Assembly (NCBI RefSeq): GCF_006345805.1
Contig: NC_043003.1
Span: forward strand, 744,001-808,000
DNA from: Octopus sinensis
Lineage: Eukaryota
Length of the DNA: 64,000 nt
Reading direction: 5' to 3'
The notes under the pieces were generated by a model. The model was not told the origin of the DNA and did no database searches. It worked only from the letters and a program-made list of their open reading frames with translations. Made by a program: the position numbers and the translations under genes. Below, in pieces: positions 26,350-41,460 of this stretch (within the stretch, counting starts at the first letter, position 1; every line of letters starts with the position of its first letter).

Positions 26350-28556
26350 CAACCACACAAAAGCACACACACACACATACACACATATATATACAAGCAC
26401 ACACACACACACACAAACCTCCTTGCTTCAGAAGCCAAAGGAACATTCCGGCGGCCATATGTTATTACTAAACCAACAACAGTGGTCAGGTTCGGTAATT
26501 GTAGCTGTTACCTTTTTTCATGTTGTTTCTATTGTTTGCTTGTTTTTTTTTGACTTGTTCGGTTTTTTTTTTCATCCCCCCCTCCCTCCCTTTAAATATG
26601 TGAATGGCTGGAGGGAGGGGGGTAAGTCTATAGTTAGCAGTTTCAAAAAGTAGAGGAATTTCAGTGTTCTCAAAAAGCAATAGAATAATTGGTAAATCTA
26701 TGTTATTTCATATCAGATACTACTACTACTACTACTAGGAATAATAATAATAATAATAACAACAACAACAATAAAAGTAAAAGCAATAATAATAAAAAGG
26801 AAAGAAAAAACGGTTGAAATATATATGTATATATAGTTCTTGCAATGAAATGAATGTTTGGGAAAATATAGATTGCAAATATTAATAGTAAATAGGTATC
26901 TGTATGAAAAAGGGAACTGGAAGAAGAAAACAAAGAAGACCTGCTGGAGGATGATGTTTTGATGTTGTAAGGTGAAAAAAAAAAAAAAATTAAAGAAACC
27001 AAATAAAAACATTAAAAAAATGTGGAAGAACTTTTATGTATAGAAAACAAGGAGCAGTGAAAGAAAAGGGAGATTGAGCCAGAAACAGGTGAGTGAGGGA
27101 GGGTCATCGAGAGAATAATGTTTTACTAGAAGCTCTTACATCCACAATCATTTCTACTTTCACTATCAGCTCCATTTTTCTGTATCACAACTAGAAATAG
27201 ATGTGCAAGCAATAACAGCCGGCTGCATCCCTTTCGCTACCATTAATATTATTGTTGTTGTAGCCACTGCAGTTTCACCTGCTATAATGGAAAACGTACC
27301 CCCACCCTCGACAAGTGCGACTGTGAGGCAATGAGGGAGTCATTGCAGGATTACTTGACCTCCTTGAAATAACAGCCATCTACCTATTTATAAGTCTGGT
27401 CTTTATTGCTGAACTGTTGAGTTATGAGGATATAAACAAACCAACACTGGTTGTCAAGTGGTGGGTGGGAGTGACAAACAAAGACACATAAAAACAATGG
27501 GCTTGCACACAGTTTCCATCTACCAAATCCACTCACAAGGCATTGGTTGGCCCAAGGTGCCCCAAAGTGGAACTGAACCTCAAATCACATAGTTGAAAAC
27601 TGAGCTTCTTAACCTTACAGCCAGGAAAAAAAATTATTATTTTGTTCATCTCCGTCACCATAGTGATGTTATTATTGTTTCCTATTGAACGACCCCAGTC
27701 AATTCAAGCAGACATTTGTTTATCATAGAAATAGAAAACTGGTCAATTAGCTGACTGCTAGCAACCATGGCCATCACAACAGACACACTTTACTGGCTGT
27801 TACAGTGTTATTTTCAGACCAGATTGTTCAGTGTCTTCTGTCCTGAGTATTGATTGTATCAAGATACAGCAGTGGTGGAGGAGGGTGGGGAGGGGTATCT
27901 AGGTGTATGCCATCCAATGCATTCTGGGATAACCTTTGAGGTTTTTGAGTGATCACAGCAAAATCAAGCAAAGTGAATTCTCAAAATAGTTTATGGTAAA
28001 TGTTCTGATATCTGAGATTGCTAATGAAATAGATATTGCCCTAGATTTATAATTTCATCTTTAATATAAGCAGCAAAACCTTGTATTACCCTATCCAGGA
28101 TTAGAATCCCAATGAAGAACAATTGCACAATTCCAAGGTATGGTATGATAAACCAAGAAACTAACTAGTTTAACAATTTGAGAATGAAGACCAATTTAGA
28201 AAATCAAGACCACAAGATGTAAACGATTCACAAGCAACAAGCATATCAAACATATATTCCCATCATCAGCTGCCTTACAGAAATCGCTATGGTTTTGACA
28301 CCTGGGCAGTATGATTCAATCACCCTTTCTCTAATTTTTTACTTGTTTTAGTCATTGCCCCATACTGGGGCATCCCTTTGAAGTGTTTTAGTTGAACAAG
28401 TCAATCCCCACTTCCAAGTACTTGTATTTTAAGTCTGATACTTGCTAAAGGTCTCTTTCAGTGAACAGCTAAGTCACACGAATGTAAACAAATAAAGACC
28501 AGTTGTCAAATGGAGTTAGAGTGATAAACAGAGACATGACATAAAGGCTCAGACAC

Positions 28557-28587
<31 letters not shown>

Positions 28588-28965
28588 CACACACACACAT
28601 GTGAAGACTGAAGTGTATGGCATTACATTTACTCTATGGTTTACAATTGTTTCAACATGCAGGTGACCAATCAAACACTATGTCAATAGACGTGAATGTT
28701 TACAACAATTTATTCACGTGTATTATGCATATTACTTCGAAGTCCCAGCAGTCATTTGATCATAAAAATGTAATATAAATATAAATATTATTTTGTTTGA
28801 ATTATAAGTGAGATAGTAAGATTGCACACACACATACACACACATGTACTCACAGATAGACGTGTACGCAAGAGAAATGATAACATATAAATACAGATGG
28901 ACAGATAGGAATGATATGTATACAGATTTATATGAAATATAAACATTATATAAAGGTATGGATCT

Positions 28966-28997
<32 letters not shown>

Positions 28998-30550
28998 ATC
29001 TATATATATATATATATATATATGGCCATCAATATAGAGAGATAAGTGAGATATGAATGAAACTAAGTGCAAATTTGTAGGTTGATAAATGCATCAAGAG
29101 ATGAGTAGATAAACTGATGGACTGACTAAAAGATTGTAGAAGAATAAGGACGAAGGAAAGAAGCTGCTATGTTGAATGAGAGAAAAAAGGAAATGCTTGG
29201 GGGGTGGGATTGGCCTGACTGACTGAGAGGCAAGCAAACATGGAAGGGAGAGAAAAGAGAGAGGAGGAGAAAAGAGACATATTTATTCAATGGATTATCT
29301 CTTAGTAATATTAACATCAATGTTTACTGACTTCCATAACAATTTATTTAGAAACCAAACAAACTGCTCTTCCTTCCCATCAAACCATGAGGAGGAGCGA
29401 GAGTTTTATGTTATCACTTGTGTTCTTTATCCCATCGTGGAATCACTGCATGAGGTGAATGAAAGTAACAGCTGCTTATAAAGATGTCAGTCCACTCAAA
29501 TCATAACAGTCCTGCCATTTAAATAACAGTAATTTCAGTTTATTTAACAATTAGAGTTGTTAGTCCAGAGGTGGGTGGTACATTGGGCTGATGAGACGCA
29601 ACAATGCTGGAACACAGGTTGTCCCCGATTCCCTTATACTAATGAAGAGAATGCGTTATGAACAGACACTTGTCATAAAGGAGATGCTGCTCTCCTGTGA
29701 CAAAACACAGCTGTGATGAATATATTAGCATTTGAATCTTCTGGAACATTAAGAACGAATGTGGTGGTCTTTGTAACTCTTGGAATTTAATACTTTTTGA
29801 GAACATTGAAGAAAAGTCATCAATGGCCTCTGCCCCACAAGAGATGAAGGGATTGAGAAAATCTGTTTATCACCACATCTTGGTTTTTCAATGCATTTAG
29901 CTGAGTATATTTTATTGCAGGCATTCAGGATCAGGTCTCAGGCTGGAGGATAAAGGTTCCTGATGTCTTTGAAAAGGCTTTGAAAAGGGAAAGGTTGTGT
30001 GCGTTGCCCTTTTCTCTGAGAACACAGTTGTGTATTAAATATATTCCTTTCTTTTTGAAACATTGGCTTTTAAGACTTGTTAAAACATGTCTGTATTATC
30101 CTGAAGAGGATAAAGAGGACATGAAACAGAACAGAAGGAGGACATGAAGCAGAAGAGGAAGAGGACATGAAGAAGGTTTATGTCACCTTGAAGAAAACAG
30201 GATGCTAATAAAAAATAAAAAATAGAGATGGAATAAAGGATAAAAGAAAAAAAAGCAAGAAAATTTGAAAAAAGAACAGGAAAAATGTTAGGCAAAGAAG
30301 AAGAGGAAGGAATCCAGAGGAATGGATAATCAGGAGAAAGAAGAGAAGAAGAGGAAGAGAGATGATAAGAGAAGTAGAAAGTGAAGCAAGAAGAGCAACA
30401 ATGACAAGAAGATTTATGAGAGAAAGTAAAAGGAGAGAGATTGAGGAGAAGAAGAAATATTAGGAGAGAGTCAATGAGCAGAAGAGAGAGTCTTTATGCT
30501 GTGAGGTGGTAACATTGGATTCTGTGTTGGGTCTCATCTTGGGTTTGCTT

Positions 30551-30898
30551 TAGAAGGAGGAGGAGGAGGAGGAGGAGAAGAAGAAGGGAAGAAGAAGAAG
30601 AAGAAGAAGAAGAAGAAGAAGGTAAGAAGAAGAAGGGAAGAAGAAGAAGGGAAGAAGAAGAAGAAGAAGAAGAAGGGAAGAAGAAGAAGAAGGGAAGAAG
30701 AAGAAGAAGGGAAGAAGAAGAAGAAGGGAAGAAGAAGAAGAAGGGAAGAAGAAGAAGAAGAAGAAGGGAAGAAGAAGAAGAAGGGAAGAAGAAGAAGAAG
30801 AAGGGAAGAAGAAGAAGTAGAAGGGAAGAAGAAGAAGAAGAAGAAAGAAGAAGAAGAAGGGAAGAAGAAGAAGAAGAAGAAGAAGAAGAAGAAGAAGA
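30551..30898. repeat. (GAA)n-based polypurine tract with GGG interruptions
   Basis: About 350 bp, almost purely purine on the + strand. Confidence 0.95.
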
Positions 30899-31359
30899 TT
30901 GAAATGTCTTCAATCACTAAATGGTTTATATAAGATTCAGAAGTAGAGTAGCGGTGGGAGGAGGGAGGGATAGAAAGGGTGGGAGGAAATGGAAATGGTG
31001 GTGGTGGTGGTTGAGAGCCAGGAGGAAAGATGGTGATGGTGGTATTGGTGGCGATGGAAGAGAGGGGGGGAAGGCAGGACAATATGGAGATGGTGGTGGT
31101 GGTGGTGGTGTGATTATTGTTCTTATTGTTCTTTTGGTGTTGTTATTGTTGAATGGCCCCAGGTCAGCCTTGATTAAGTAAACCTATGTGATCAAATAAA
31201 TTCCATCCAAGACCATCCCATGTTATTTACTATGTGCTGAAGAAACCAGGACTATATTACCCAGGGTATTCTTTCCTATAAAGGTGGGAGTATGTGTAAT
31301 GTGTGGGAAATTTGACTGCTATTTCTAGCAAGATAAATGATAATGTATTGTAGCGCTCC

Positions 31360-31727
31360 ACCGGTTACGACGACGAGGGTTCCAGTTGATCCGATCAACG
31401 GAACAGCCAGCTCGTGAAATTAACATGCAAGTGGCTGAGTACTCCACAGACACGTGTACCCTTCACGTAGTTCTCAGAGAGATTCAGCATGACACAGTGT
31501 GTGACAAGGCTGGCCCCTTTGAAATATGGGGGGGCAACAGAAACAGGAAGAAAGAGTGAGAGAAAGTTGTGGTGAAATAATACAGCAGGGTTCGCCACCC
31601 CCCCTTGCCTGGAGCTTTTAGGTGGTTTCGCTCAATAAACACTCACAGCACCCGGTCTGGGAATTGAAACCGAGATTCTATGACTGTGAGTCCACTGCCC
31701 TAACCACTGGGCCATTGCACCTCCACT
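31360..31727 (-). mobile_element. tRNA-derived SINE family C
   Basis: Shares its body (ggttacgacgacgagggttccagttgatc...) with 49947-50237 and 53890-54087; tRNA-like head on the minus strand. Confidence 0.75.
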
Positions 31728-33363
31728 AATGATAAGAAGTGGGTTGGATGAGAGTGACTCATAAGGCAGGTGGCATTAGTTAACAGCATTCACGGTTAAT
31801 GTTTTGTTAGGCCATGGGCCACATGAGGCCCGTGGGCCGCAGTTTGGCCATGACTGATGTAGAAGCTCATTGTGGTTGCCTGGCAGTTGTGCTGATGGTA
31901 ACTGGTGGTTGTGATTCTGATGGTGTGCTGATATAGAGCCGGCAGTTTTGGCGCTGAGGGTTATGAAGTGGTAAGGAGTGCACCCAGGGAGAAGGAGGAG
32001 AAGAAGAAAGACAGAGAAAGACTGGAGGAAGAGACGAAGAGAAAGACGAGAAGATGGGAGCAGCCGGCGGGGGGGGGGGCAATTTGTATATTTATTTACA
32101 TTTGCTTTCCCAAAACAAGGATAAAGTTACCTTTCAAGGTCCTAAGCCCCTTTCCCTTGCCCTGCTCTCAACTTCCTTTCTTTCTTTTATTCCCCCAAAA
32201 CACTAACCCCCACCCCACCACCTTAACCAAGTAAGTGGTAGCGGGGGGGGGGGAGATTTTGTGTAACATCTTAGATCAAGGGTTAGGTGGGTGCAAGAGT
32301 AGTGGTGGTGGTGGTGGTGGTTGTGATTACTATGATAGTGTTGATGATGTTGGTGCTGAAAATGGTGGTGGTAAGGTGGTGGTATTGATGACATTCCTGT
32401 TGTTGTTATTGTTGCTGTTGGTGGTGGTGGTGGTGGTTGTATAAGAAGGAATTCCAATATAAGAAGGCAATGAAGAAGGTAAAGGATTATGGTGGGGGGA
32501 AGAAGGGGAAGAGAAGAAGAAGAAGAAGGGGAAGAAAGGGAAGAGGACAAGAAAGAAAACGAAAGAAGAAGAAAACCAAAAAAAAGAAGAAAACGAGAAA
32601 AAGAAGAAGAAAATACAAGAAAGAATAAGAAAAACGAGAAAGAAAATGAGGAAGAAAAGAAAGATGGAAACTGCTTAGAGTCAGGTTAGATGTAGGGTTG
32701 TTGTTGTTGTTGTTGTTGTTGTTATTGGTTGGGTGTGGAGGGGTGGTGGTGGTGGTGGTGGCAGTGTTTTGGTGTTCAGCTCCAGGCTGCTTAAGTGCAA
32801 CACCTTGATTTGAGAGCCAGGGTACAGACTGGAAAGGATGTTGTCAGTGGTGGTGGTGGTGGTCACGTTGGTGATGGTGGTGCCAGTGCTTATGATGATG
32901 ATGGTGGTGGTGATGATGAGGATAGATGCGGTGGTGGTGGTGGTGGTGTTAGTGGTGGCAAGAGCAGTGATGATGTTTATGATGGTGGTGATGATGATGG
33001 CGATGGTGCTGGTTGTTGTTTTCAGTGGTATTGTAGTGATGATGATTGTTATTGTGGTATGGAAGGAGGTGGTGGTGGTGGTGGTGGTAGTGTTGTTGTT
33101 GCCGCTGATGATGATGATGAGGATGATGGTAGTGTTGCTGGTGGCATTTGTTGTGATGGTGATGATGTTGGTGTGTATACCAACAGAGATTGATTTTGAA
33201 AGAAATGTCTTGGCTTTAAGTCTGCTCCTTTCTTCCCTTCCCCCCCTCCCACTCCACCCCAATCTGTCATCCATAGAAGTAGTCCCACCCATCACCATAG
33301 CCCTTGGGGAGGGAACTGGAAGGAGGAGGGGGCCTTGGGAGTGTTTGGGAGTGAAGAAAAAGC

Positions 33364-33398
<35 letters not shown>

Positions 33399-34360
33399 GA
33401 AAGGGAAGAAGCAAGCTAGAAAGAGAAAGAGGAGGAAAAGAGAGAGAAAGAGAGAAAGAAAGGAGAGAGAGGGTGAGGGGTGAAAAAGAGGGGAAGGAGT
33501 GAGAGAGAGAAGGGGAAGGAATGGGAGAGAGATGAGAAAAGAGAAGGAAAGGAGAGTAAGAGTGAGAGTTGGAAGAGAGAGAGAGGGGGAAAGAGGGAGA
33601 GAGAGAAAGATAGCAGGGGGCAAAGCAAGAGAGAAAGAGAGGAGGGAGAAGAAAGAGGGGCTGGGGATAGTGAATAGGTGAAAGGAGGAATGAGGAGAGA
33701 GAGAAAGAAGTGTAAATTGTTAATACGTCAAATGTATGTATAATATATACACTCATACATTTCTACAATTCCAAAGACACATACCAACCACAGAGATTAC
33801 AGTGTTAGAAAAAAGATATATACACCCACCTATAACATACAGACACATACACACTCACACATGTCTACAAATACGTGTAAACACATTTTTACAGAGACAT
33901 TGTGTCGATATATATTCATATTTGCATGTAAAAGACTCTTGCCCAAGATGGCGGACAGTAGGGTCAAACCTGGCCCCTCATAGTTTGTGAAACAAACTTC
34001 TTAACCACTATGCTCCCCCCACCAGCTCAAACTTACACATTCACTAGTTTGTAGACAGAGACACTACTTGTACACACACACACACATACATATATATATA
34101 CATATATAGACACACAAATATATTCTTTTACTTGTCATTTCACTGCGGCCATGCTGAAGCACCGCCTTTTAGTAGCTGAAGAAATCGACCCCAGGACTTA
34201 TTCTTTGTAAGCCTAGTACTTATTCTTTAGCCGAACCGCTAGCTTACGGGGATGTAAACACACCAACACCATTTGTCAAGTGATGTGGTGGGGGGGGGGT
34301 GAAACAGACACACAAAGATATACACACACACATACATATATATATATATAAATAAATATA

Positions 34361-34830
34361 TCATCATCATCATCATCATCATCGTTGTCGTTTAACGTCC
34401 GCTTTCCATGCTAGCATGGGTTGGACAAATGACTGAGGACTGGTGAACCAGATGGCTGCACCAAGCTTCAATTTTGATCTGGCAGAGTTTCTACAGCTGG
34501 ATGCCCTTCCTAATGCCAACCACTCAGAGAGTGTAGTGGGTGCTTTTACGGGCCAGTTAGGCGGTAATGGCAACGACCTCGATTGAATCTTTTACACATG
34601 CCACTGGCACAGGTGCCAGTAAGGCGATGCTGGTAACGATCACGCTTGGATGGTGTCTTTTACGTGCCACCGGCATGGAGGCCAGATAGCCGCTCCGGCA
34701 ACGATCACTCTCGGATGGTGCTCTTTAAGGCAATGCTGGTAACGATCACGCTCGAATGGTGCCTTTTAAGTGCCACTGGCACGGGAGCCAGTTAGCCGCT
34801 CTGTCAATTGTCACACTCGTATGGTGCTCT
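34361..34830 (-). mobile_element. RTE LINE 3' UTR fragment with expanded tandem modules
   Basis: (CAT)n tail, then repeated gtgccacyggcay...ggtaacgatcacgct...ggtgctct units. Confidence 0.75.
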
Positions 34831-35091
34831 TTGCATGGTTGGGAAGCAAGCTTCTTAGCACACAGCCCCACCTGCACCCATATATATATATATCGGTCAA
34901 CTCGTTCAATGAGTATGACCATCAGTGACAAATTATTTCTGTTTGTTCCCTTTTTTCTTTCAGTGACCACGGGACCCACAGTGGTATTTAAAACCACCAA
35001 ACGACTGGCATTTTTTGTTGCAGATGTGTCGTACATGCATACATACATTCACACATGCATGCATGCATACATGTACATATGTATATACATG

Positions 35092-35129
<38 letters not shown>

Positions 35130-35910
35130 CACACATGCATGTGCACATACATACATACAAACTTTCCAGAAGTTTATCATTTAAATATATATGAGCATGT
35201 CTAGATATGTGGCTATATGCATGAGAAGACATACATACAAATCTGCATATACATACATACATACATTCATACATACATACATACACACATACATACATAC
35301 AAATCTGCATATACATACATACACACACACACATGCATACATACATACATACATACATACATACATGCAAAAGTACCCTACTGATGTTGTTGAAATTCCA
35401 ATGAACGATCCTTGGATCTGGGTTAGAAACCGGCTCTTTCTCTATTGGCAAGAAATCTTGAAATAAAACTGAACAATCACATACATACACACATACAAAC
35501 AAACATCTACTGTTTTTGATGGCATAAAAGACGTCCGGGTGTATCAGACACACCCCAGTTTCAGCAGGGCATACTCAGGCAAAATAGATTTTAGTGCATC
35601 AAAGCTTATGGGAGGCCCATCTTTGCATATAGGACCTGTTGCTGTTATGCAAAAGTGTCGTAAGTCCAAAATGTAGCTTTTCCAGAAAATGAAAAAATAG
35701 TTTCACCATTCCATAGCAACACCGTTGTACTACGGTTTGACAATTTTTGATATCTTGGCATCTGAAGCAACTGGAGATACGATAGTCTGACCAAAAGAAC
35801 TGGATATGGCAAGGAAAAGTAAATATTTAAAAAACGCATTTGGCTAAATTTGGACATACAACAGTTTAACATATTAGCAATAATATATATATATATATAT
35901 ATATCATCAT

Positions 35911-35951
<41 letters not shown>

Positions 35952-35954
<3 letters not shown>

Positions 35955-36172
35955 TCTTTTACTCTTTTACTTGTTTCAGTCATTTAACTGTGGCTATGCT
36001 GGAGCACCGCTTTTAGTCGAGCAAATCAATCCCAGGACTTATTCTTTGTAAGCCTAGTACTTATTTTATCAGTCTCTTTGCTGAACCACTAAGTTAAGGG
36101 GACATAAACACACCAGCATTGGTTGTCAAGCGATGTTGGGGGAGAAGGACAAACACAGACACACAAACATAT

Positions 36173-36217
<45 letters not shown>

Positions 36218-36382
36218 TACGATGGGCTTCTTTCAGTTTCTGTCTACCAAATCCACTCACAAGGCTTTGGTTGGCCCAAGGCTATAGTAGAAAACACTTG
36301 CCAAGGTGCCACGTAGTGGGACTGAACCTGCAACCATGTGGTTTGTAAGCAAGCTACTTACCACACAGCCACTCCTACGCCT
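35952..36382 (-). mobile_element. tRNA-derived SINE family A, full length
   Basis: Colinear with 24171-24562. Confidence 0.85.
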
Positions 36383-37166
36383 ATAAAGCGTATATATATA
36401 TATATATATATATGCGAAAGCATATAGTTTAGTGGTTTAGAATGTTGCATTCATGATCTAGTGATTGTGAGTTCAATTCCTGAATTGAGTGGTACATTGT
36501 GTCCTTGAACAAAACACTGCATTTCACAACGTCCCAGTCCACTCGTCTGTAAATGGGTCTCCCTGTGATGGACTAGCCTTCCGATCAGGCCTGCTTCCAA
36601 TCAGGCCTAGCTTGCCTTCCGATGTTGGCCTGCTTGCCTAGTCAGTGGAGTGGCTTCATTTGAAAGCTAAAAACGAGGCGAAGTGTATTGTGATCAGTGA
36701 TGTATAGCAACAGCTGACAGTTTAGTCGACCATGTGGTATAAACAAACAAACATATATATATATATATATATACCCATGACTCATGATTGAAAATGCAGA
36801 GAGACAATACCAGGTTACATATAGACACACATATAGACAAGGATGCATAAATACACACATATATACACTCACGTTTGTTGAAGGAGAGACGTCTCAGAAT
36901 ACACACACTCACAGAAACGTGTGCATACATAAATACATACATAAATACAAACACACACACACACACACACAAATATATTCAGTCACGTTCGTAGGGACGG
37001 AATCACAATGCTTGAATACACGTAGAGACACAAACATGCATGCATACATAAATACATACATACACACGCATTTACTCATGTTTGTAGAGACAGGGAGAGA
37101 CAGGGAGAGAGAGAGAGACAGAATGTCAGAATACACACACACACACACACACACATTTGGTGGGGG

Positions 37167-37209
<43 letters not shown>

Positions 37210-37767
37210 CAGAATGCAGACGGCCCACCATTCCTAATAGTGAAAGACCTATAAATAACTGTGGAGCAGTTTATATAATCAATGGTACCTTGAGCGGAGA
37301 AGGTTGGTGGTGTGTGGGAGTTAAGGTGTAGAGGGAAGAATGTTGGAACGGAGAGGGAGAAAGAGAGAGAGAGAAAGAGAGAGACAGCAAGAGAAAAAGA
37401 GAAATACAGGGAGAGAGAGAGTGAGAGAATGAGGGGTGTGTTGGAACAGTGAGAGTTGAAACAGTTTAAGGAAGAAGAGAAAGAAGGCAAGAAAGAAAGA
37501 GAGAGAAGGTGAGAGAGAGAGAGAGAGATGGTGAGAGAGAGAAGGTGAGAGAGAGAGAGAAAGAGATGGTGAGAGAGAGAAGGTGAGAGAGAGAGAGAGA
37601 AAGAGATGGTGAGACTGTGTGTTGTATGATTAAGAAATTGAAAGAAGGTTGAAAGCTTGAGAGATGTGTTGAAACTGAGAAAGTAGAGAGAAAATGGAAA
37701 GATGAAAATTTTATACATACATACATACATGTATGTATGTATGTATATGTATACGTAAAACCCACAG

Positions 37768-37817
<50 letters not shown>

Positions 37818-38174
37818 TGAGAAAAATCAATATATTGATAAACTAGAAGTAAAGATGTCTTCCTTTTTAGCAGAAGTGGCCCACAGTATGAGTGAGAGAG
37901 TGTGTGTGTGTGTGTTTGGGGAACTTGCTGCTATACACGTCTGTGTGGTTAGCACTTTAGAAGTGTGTGTGTGCGCATACGGAGGAAAGGAATGTTTTTA
38001 AAGAATGTAGGAGTTGTGTATGTATGTGTGAAATTGTTTGTATATATGTTCATAAGTACGGTGTGTGTATATATAGAAATATATACACACACACGCACAC
38101 AAACAATCTGTATGCACGTGTATTTTTCAATCAATGTTTATGTGCAGTTTTTTTTAGAAAACTATAGTACACAA

Positions 38175-38222
<48 letters not shown>

Positions 38223-38225
<3 letters not shown>

Positions 38226-39114
38226 GGTGTGGTGAAAAATCTGTCGTCTAAATTACGCAAAGAGGAAAATAAGGCTGTCATCTCATTTTATCAGATATAT
38301 TTACAAAAATTACATAAAAACATCTTGAAATACTAAAGAGTAAATTTATTCAATAAAATCGCCATTGGCTTCAACCACGGCCTCCAGACGACTTTGGAAT
38401 CTCCTGCAGCTCTTCTGTTCGGTCTCCTTGTTTAAGTTGGTGAATGCTGCCATAATCCTTGCCTTCAGTTCATCTTTGGTGTTACAAGCAGTTTTGTTGG
38501 TCACATGTTCAACTGCACCCTACACATAATAATCAAGGGGGCTGTAGTTTGGGGACTTAGGTGGCCAGACGTTAGGGGTGGTGTGCTCACAGAAATTGTC
38601 TGACAGCCATGACTGGGTTCCCCTGCTTGTGTGGCATGGTGCAGAGTCCTGTTGCCAGAGATAGGGTCTTCCAACAACCAACCTCTTCACCCAGGGAAGC
38701 ACTACCTCCTCCTTGCACTTGATGTAGGCCTACATGTTGAGTCTGAGGCCATGTGGGAAGATGAATGGAGGTATAATGTTGCCATCACTAGTGATCACTC
38801 CGAACACCGTGATGTTGACTGGATGTTTGATTTTTATCACTCTCGGTGCATGTTTTGGGGACACAGCAAACCAATGGTTGTTCCTCCATATGTTCACCAT
38901 CTGTTCATATTGGAACTACCAGCACAAATGCCAAGCAGTACAGCTTGTCATTTCCACATTTCTGGCAGAATGAACTGCATCACGGTGCTGTTTTTCTCAC
39001 AGACGGTGCCCAACTGACCCTACTATACTGTGTAGTCAACAAAATCAAAAGTAAACAGTGCACATGTGCAAAATTAACAAAATAAAGTGGCAACAATTTA
39101 CCCATCGCACCCTG
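38223..39114 (-). mobile_element. Internally deleted Tc1/mariner element of the DD37D (maT) family
   Basis: TIR-like ends cagggtgtggtg / catcgcaccctg-ta; minus-strand WQQDSAPCHTS...WPPKSPNYSPLDYYV has 37 residues between the two Asp; stops present. Confidence 0.85.
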
Positions 39115-39740
39115 TACACACATGCTCACACACATATACATACACACATGCACACACATACAGACACAGCTATTTGCTTCATCAACATCATGACACAATT
39201 ATTGCTATCATTATCAGTGTTACAGTAAGAAATGTTTGTTTAAAGCAGAGCATTAGTCTTCAACTTTCTCGGGGCGGGGGGTTAGCTACTCAACAGGTTG
39301 GGGTATCATACCCGCAATAACAGCATTAAACGCCTACACTACCCAGCACCCCCACCCCACCCACTGCACTTTCAGCACAACACTCTTAGGTATGTAGATC
39401 TCTTCAGAAGTATCTCTGCAACTCTCATAAAACTTCTGCCTTCTAAAGCAGTTTAAGAATGTAGTCCATGTTCATCTACTACTACTACTACTACTAATAA
39501 TAATAATAATAATAATAACAACAATAATAATAATCCTTTCTACTATAGGTGCAAGGCCCGAAATTTAGTGGGAGGGGGACTAGACGATTACATCAATCCC
39601 AGTGTATCACTTGTACTTAATTTATCAATCCCAAAAGGATGGAAGGCAAATTTGAACCCAGAATGTAGCAACGGGCAAAATACCGCTAAGTATTTCGTCC
39701 AGCGTGCTAATGATTCTGCTAGCTCACTGCCTTAATAATG

Positions 39741-39771
<31 letters not shown>

Positions 39772-40114
39772 TGATAATAATAATAATAATAAGAAGAAGA
39801 ACAATAATAATAATGATGATGTTTTCAAACTTTGGCATTAGACCAGCAATTTTAGGGAAAGAGTAAGTTGATTCCATCAACCCCAGTATGCAACTGGTAT
39901 TCATTTTATCAACCCTGAAAAGATGAAAGGCAAAGTTGACCTCAGTGGATTTGAACCCAGGACGTGAAGATGGCTGAAATGCCACTAAACATTCTGTCCA
40001 GCGTGCTAATGGTTCTGCCGATTTGCTGCCTGATATAATGATAATGACAATGTTTTCTATTATAATCCTGGGCCAACCAAAGCCTTGTGATTGGATTTCG
40101 ATTGATGTAAAAAG

Positions 40115-40429
40115 CATAGGTTCTCAAAGTGGGTGCTACTGTCCCCTGGCGGGTACTGACACCTAAGGAGGGAGTGGGCTTCAGTAGAGAAAAAGGAGGT
40201 GTTGGGAGGAAGGCAGTGGATTGGGGGGACACTATGAATTTATTATAATATTATTACAGTATTGTATACAAATTATATAATATTATATTAACTATCAAAT
40301 GATTCATGGTATATATATAAACTAGTAAAATATAAAATATTTATTTATACATAAAAATAGGGGTGGGGGCGCTGAGGGTATTATGTGGCTATGAGGGAGG
40401 CGGTGGTCCCAAAAATTTGAGAACCTCTG
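40115..40429. mobile_element. hAT-like MITE inserted in a SINE
   Basis: Termini cataggttctcaaa / tttgagaacctctg; atgtaaa on both flanks; related to 4900-5176. Confidence 0.7.
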
Positions 40430-41249
40430 ATGTAAACTGAAAGAAGCCATTCATTATACGCACATATACATGTGTGTGATATCCTTGTTTTGACATCACA
40501 CACATATACATGTGTGTGATATCCTTGTCTTGACATCACTTGAGATGGCTGTAAATGAGTATTGCTGTCATAAAAGTGATGTTTGTTTGCAATCTTCTGT
40601 GGAAAAATATGTTCTGGCCTTGGGGAAATACTTTCATAGGAAACAGATGAGGTTTGGTGACAGAAAGGGCATCCAACCACAACAAGTCTGCTTCAACGAA
40701 TTCTGCCTGACCCATGCAAGCATAAAACATTCGGCATTAAAAGAATGATGATAATGATTTAAAAAATAATGACCAAATAATCAAAGCTTATCAACAGGAA
40801 AACAAATATATAAATGGACTTTTGCACAATTTCTGTCAACCAATTTCCATTCACAAAGCATTTGTTCAAAACTATAATAAAATATTTTGTAAGGTAGCTG
40901 GTATCAAGAAAGGCTTCCAGCCATAAAATCCCAGCCAAAACAGACAGTGAAGCCTAGTGCAGTCTTCTGCCAAGCCAGCCCCTGTCAGAACATCCAACCC
41001 ATAGAAAACGGATGTTCAATAATGATGATGAAGCAGTGTATAGTGAGATTGAACCTATTCTCATGTTCTTGAGTGCAGGATTCTTAACCATGCAACCACA
41101 CCTTTTGCTCCCTTGTCTGCCACCAGAGAGATGTTTGGAGTTTCCGTTGAATCCTTTGTTATAACTTTCCACAGTTACAATGAAAACTGAAACCAATTCC
41201 AGTTTAATATACTCTCTTCTCTTGACCTCCAAGTCCAGGTCACAACTTC

Positions 41250-41460
41250 TTGGCTTCCTTTGTTATAAAATTAGAATTGTCTGAAATTTCAAAATCAATA
41301 AAGAGTTGGTGCTTTGATTTTTGTTTTTGTCATGGCTTACAATATCTGGTCAATAACAGGCTGCCATCCTTCCAGCTGTGTTCACTGATATATTTCTATA
41401 CAATTGTTATGTCATCAATAATTCATGAACGTGTATGGGACAGGCTTGAATCTCTTGGCC
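41250..41460 (-). pseudogene. Very degenerate LINE reverse transcriptase fragment
   Basis: Minus strand RS*IIDDITIV...KHQLFIDFE resembles RSTIDHIF...LHQLFIDFEKAYD. Confidence 0.35.

Noticed and set aside
26455-26510. Short hairpin as a miRNA precursor
   Set aside because: The stem is only about 11 bp with a mismatch, and I do not recognise a mature miRNA.
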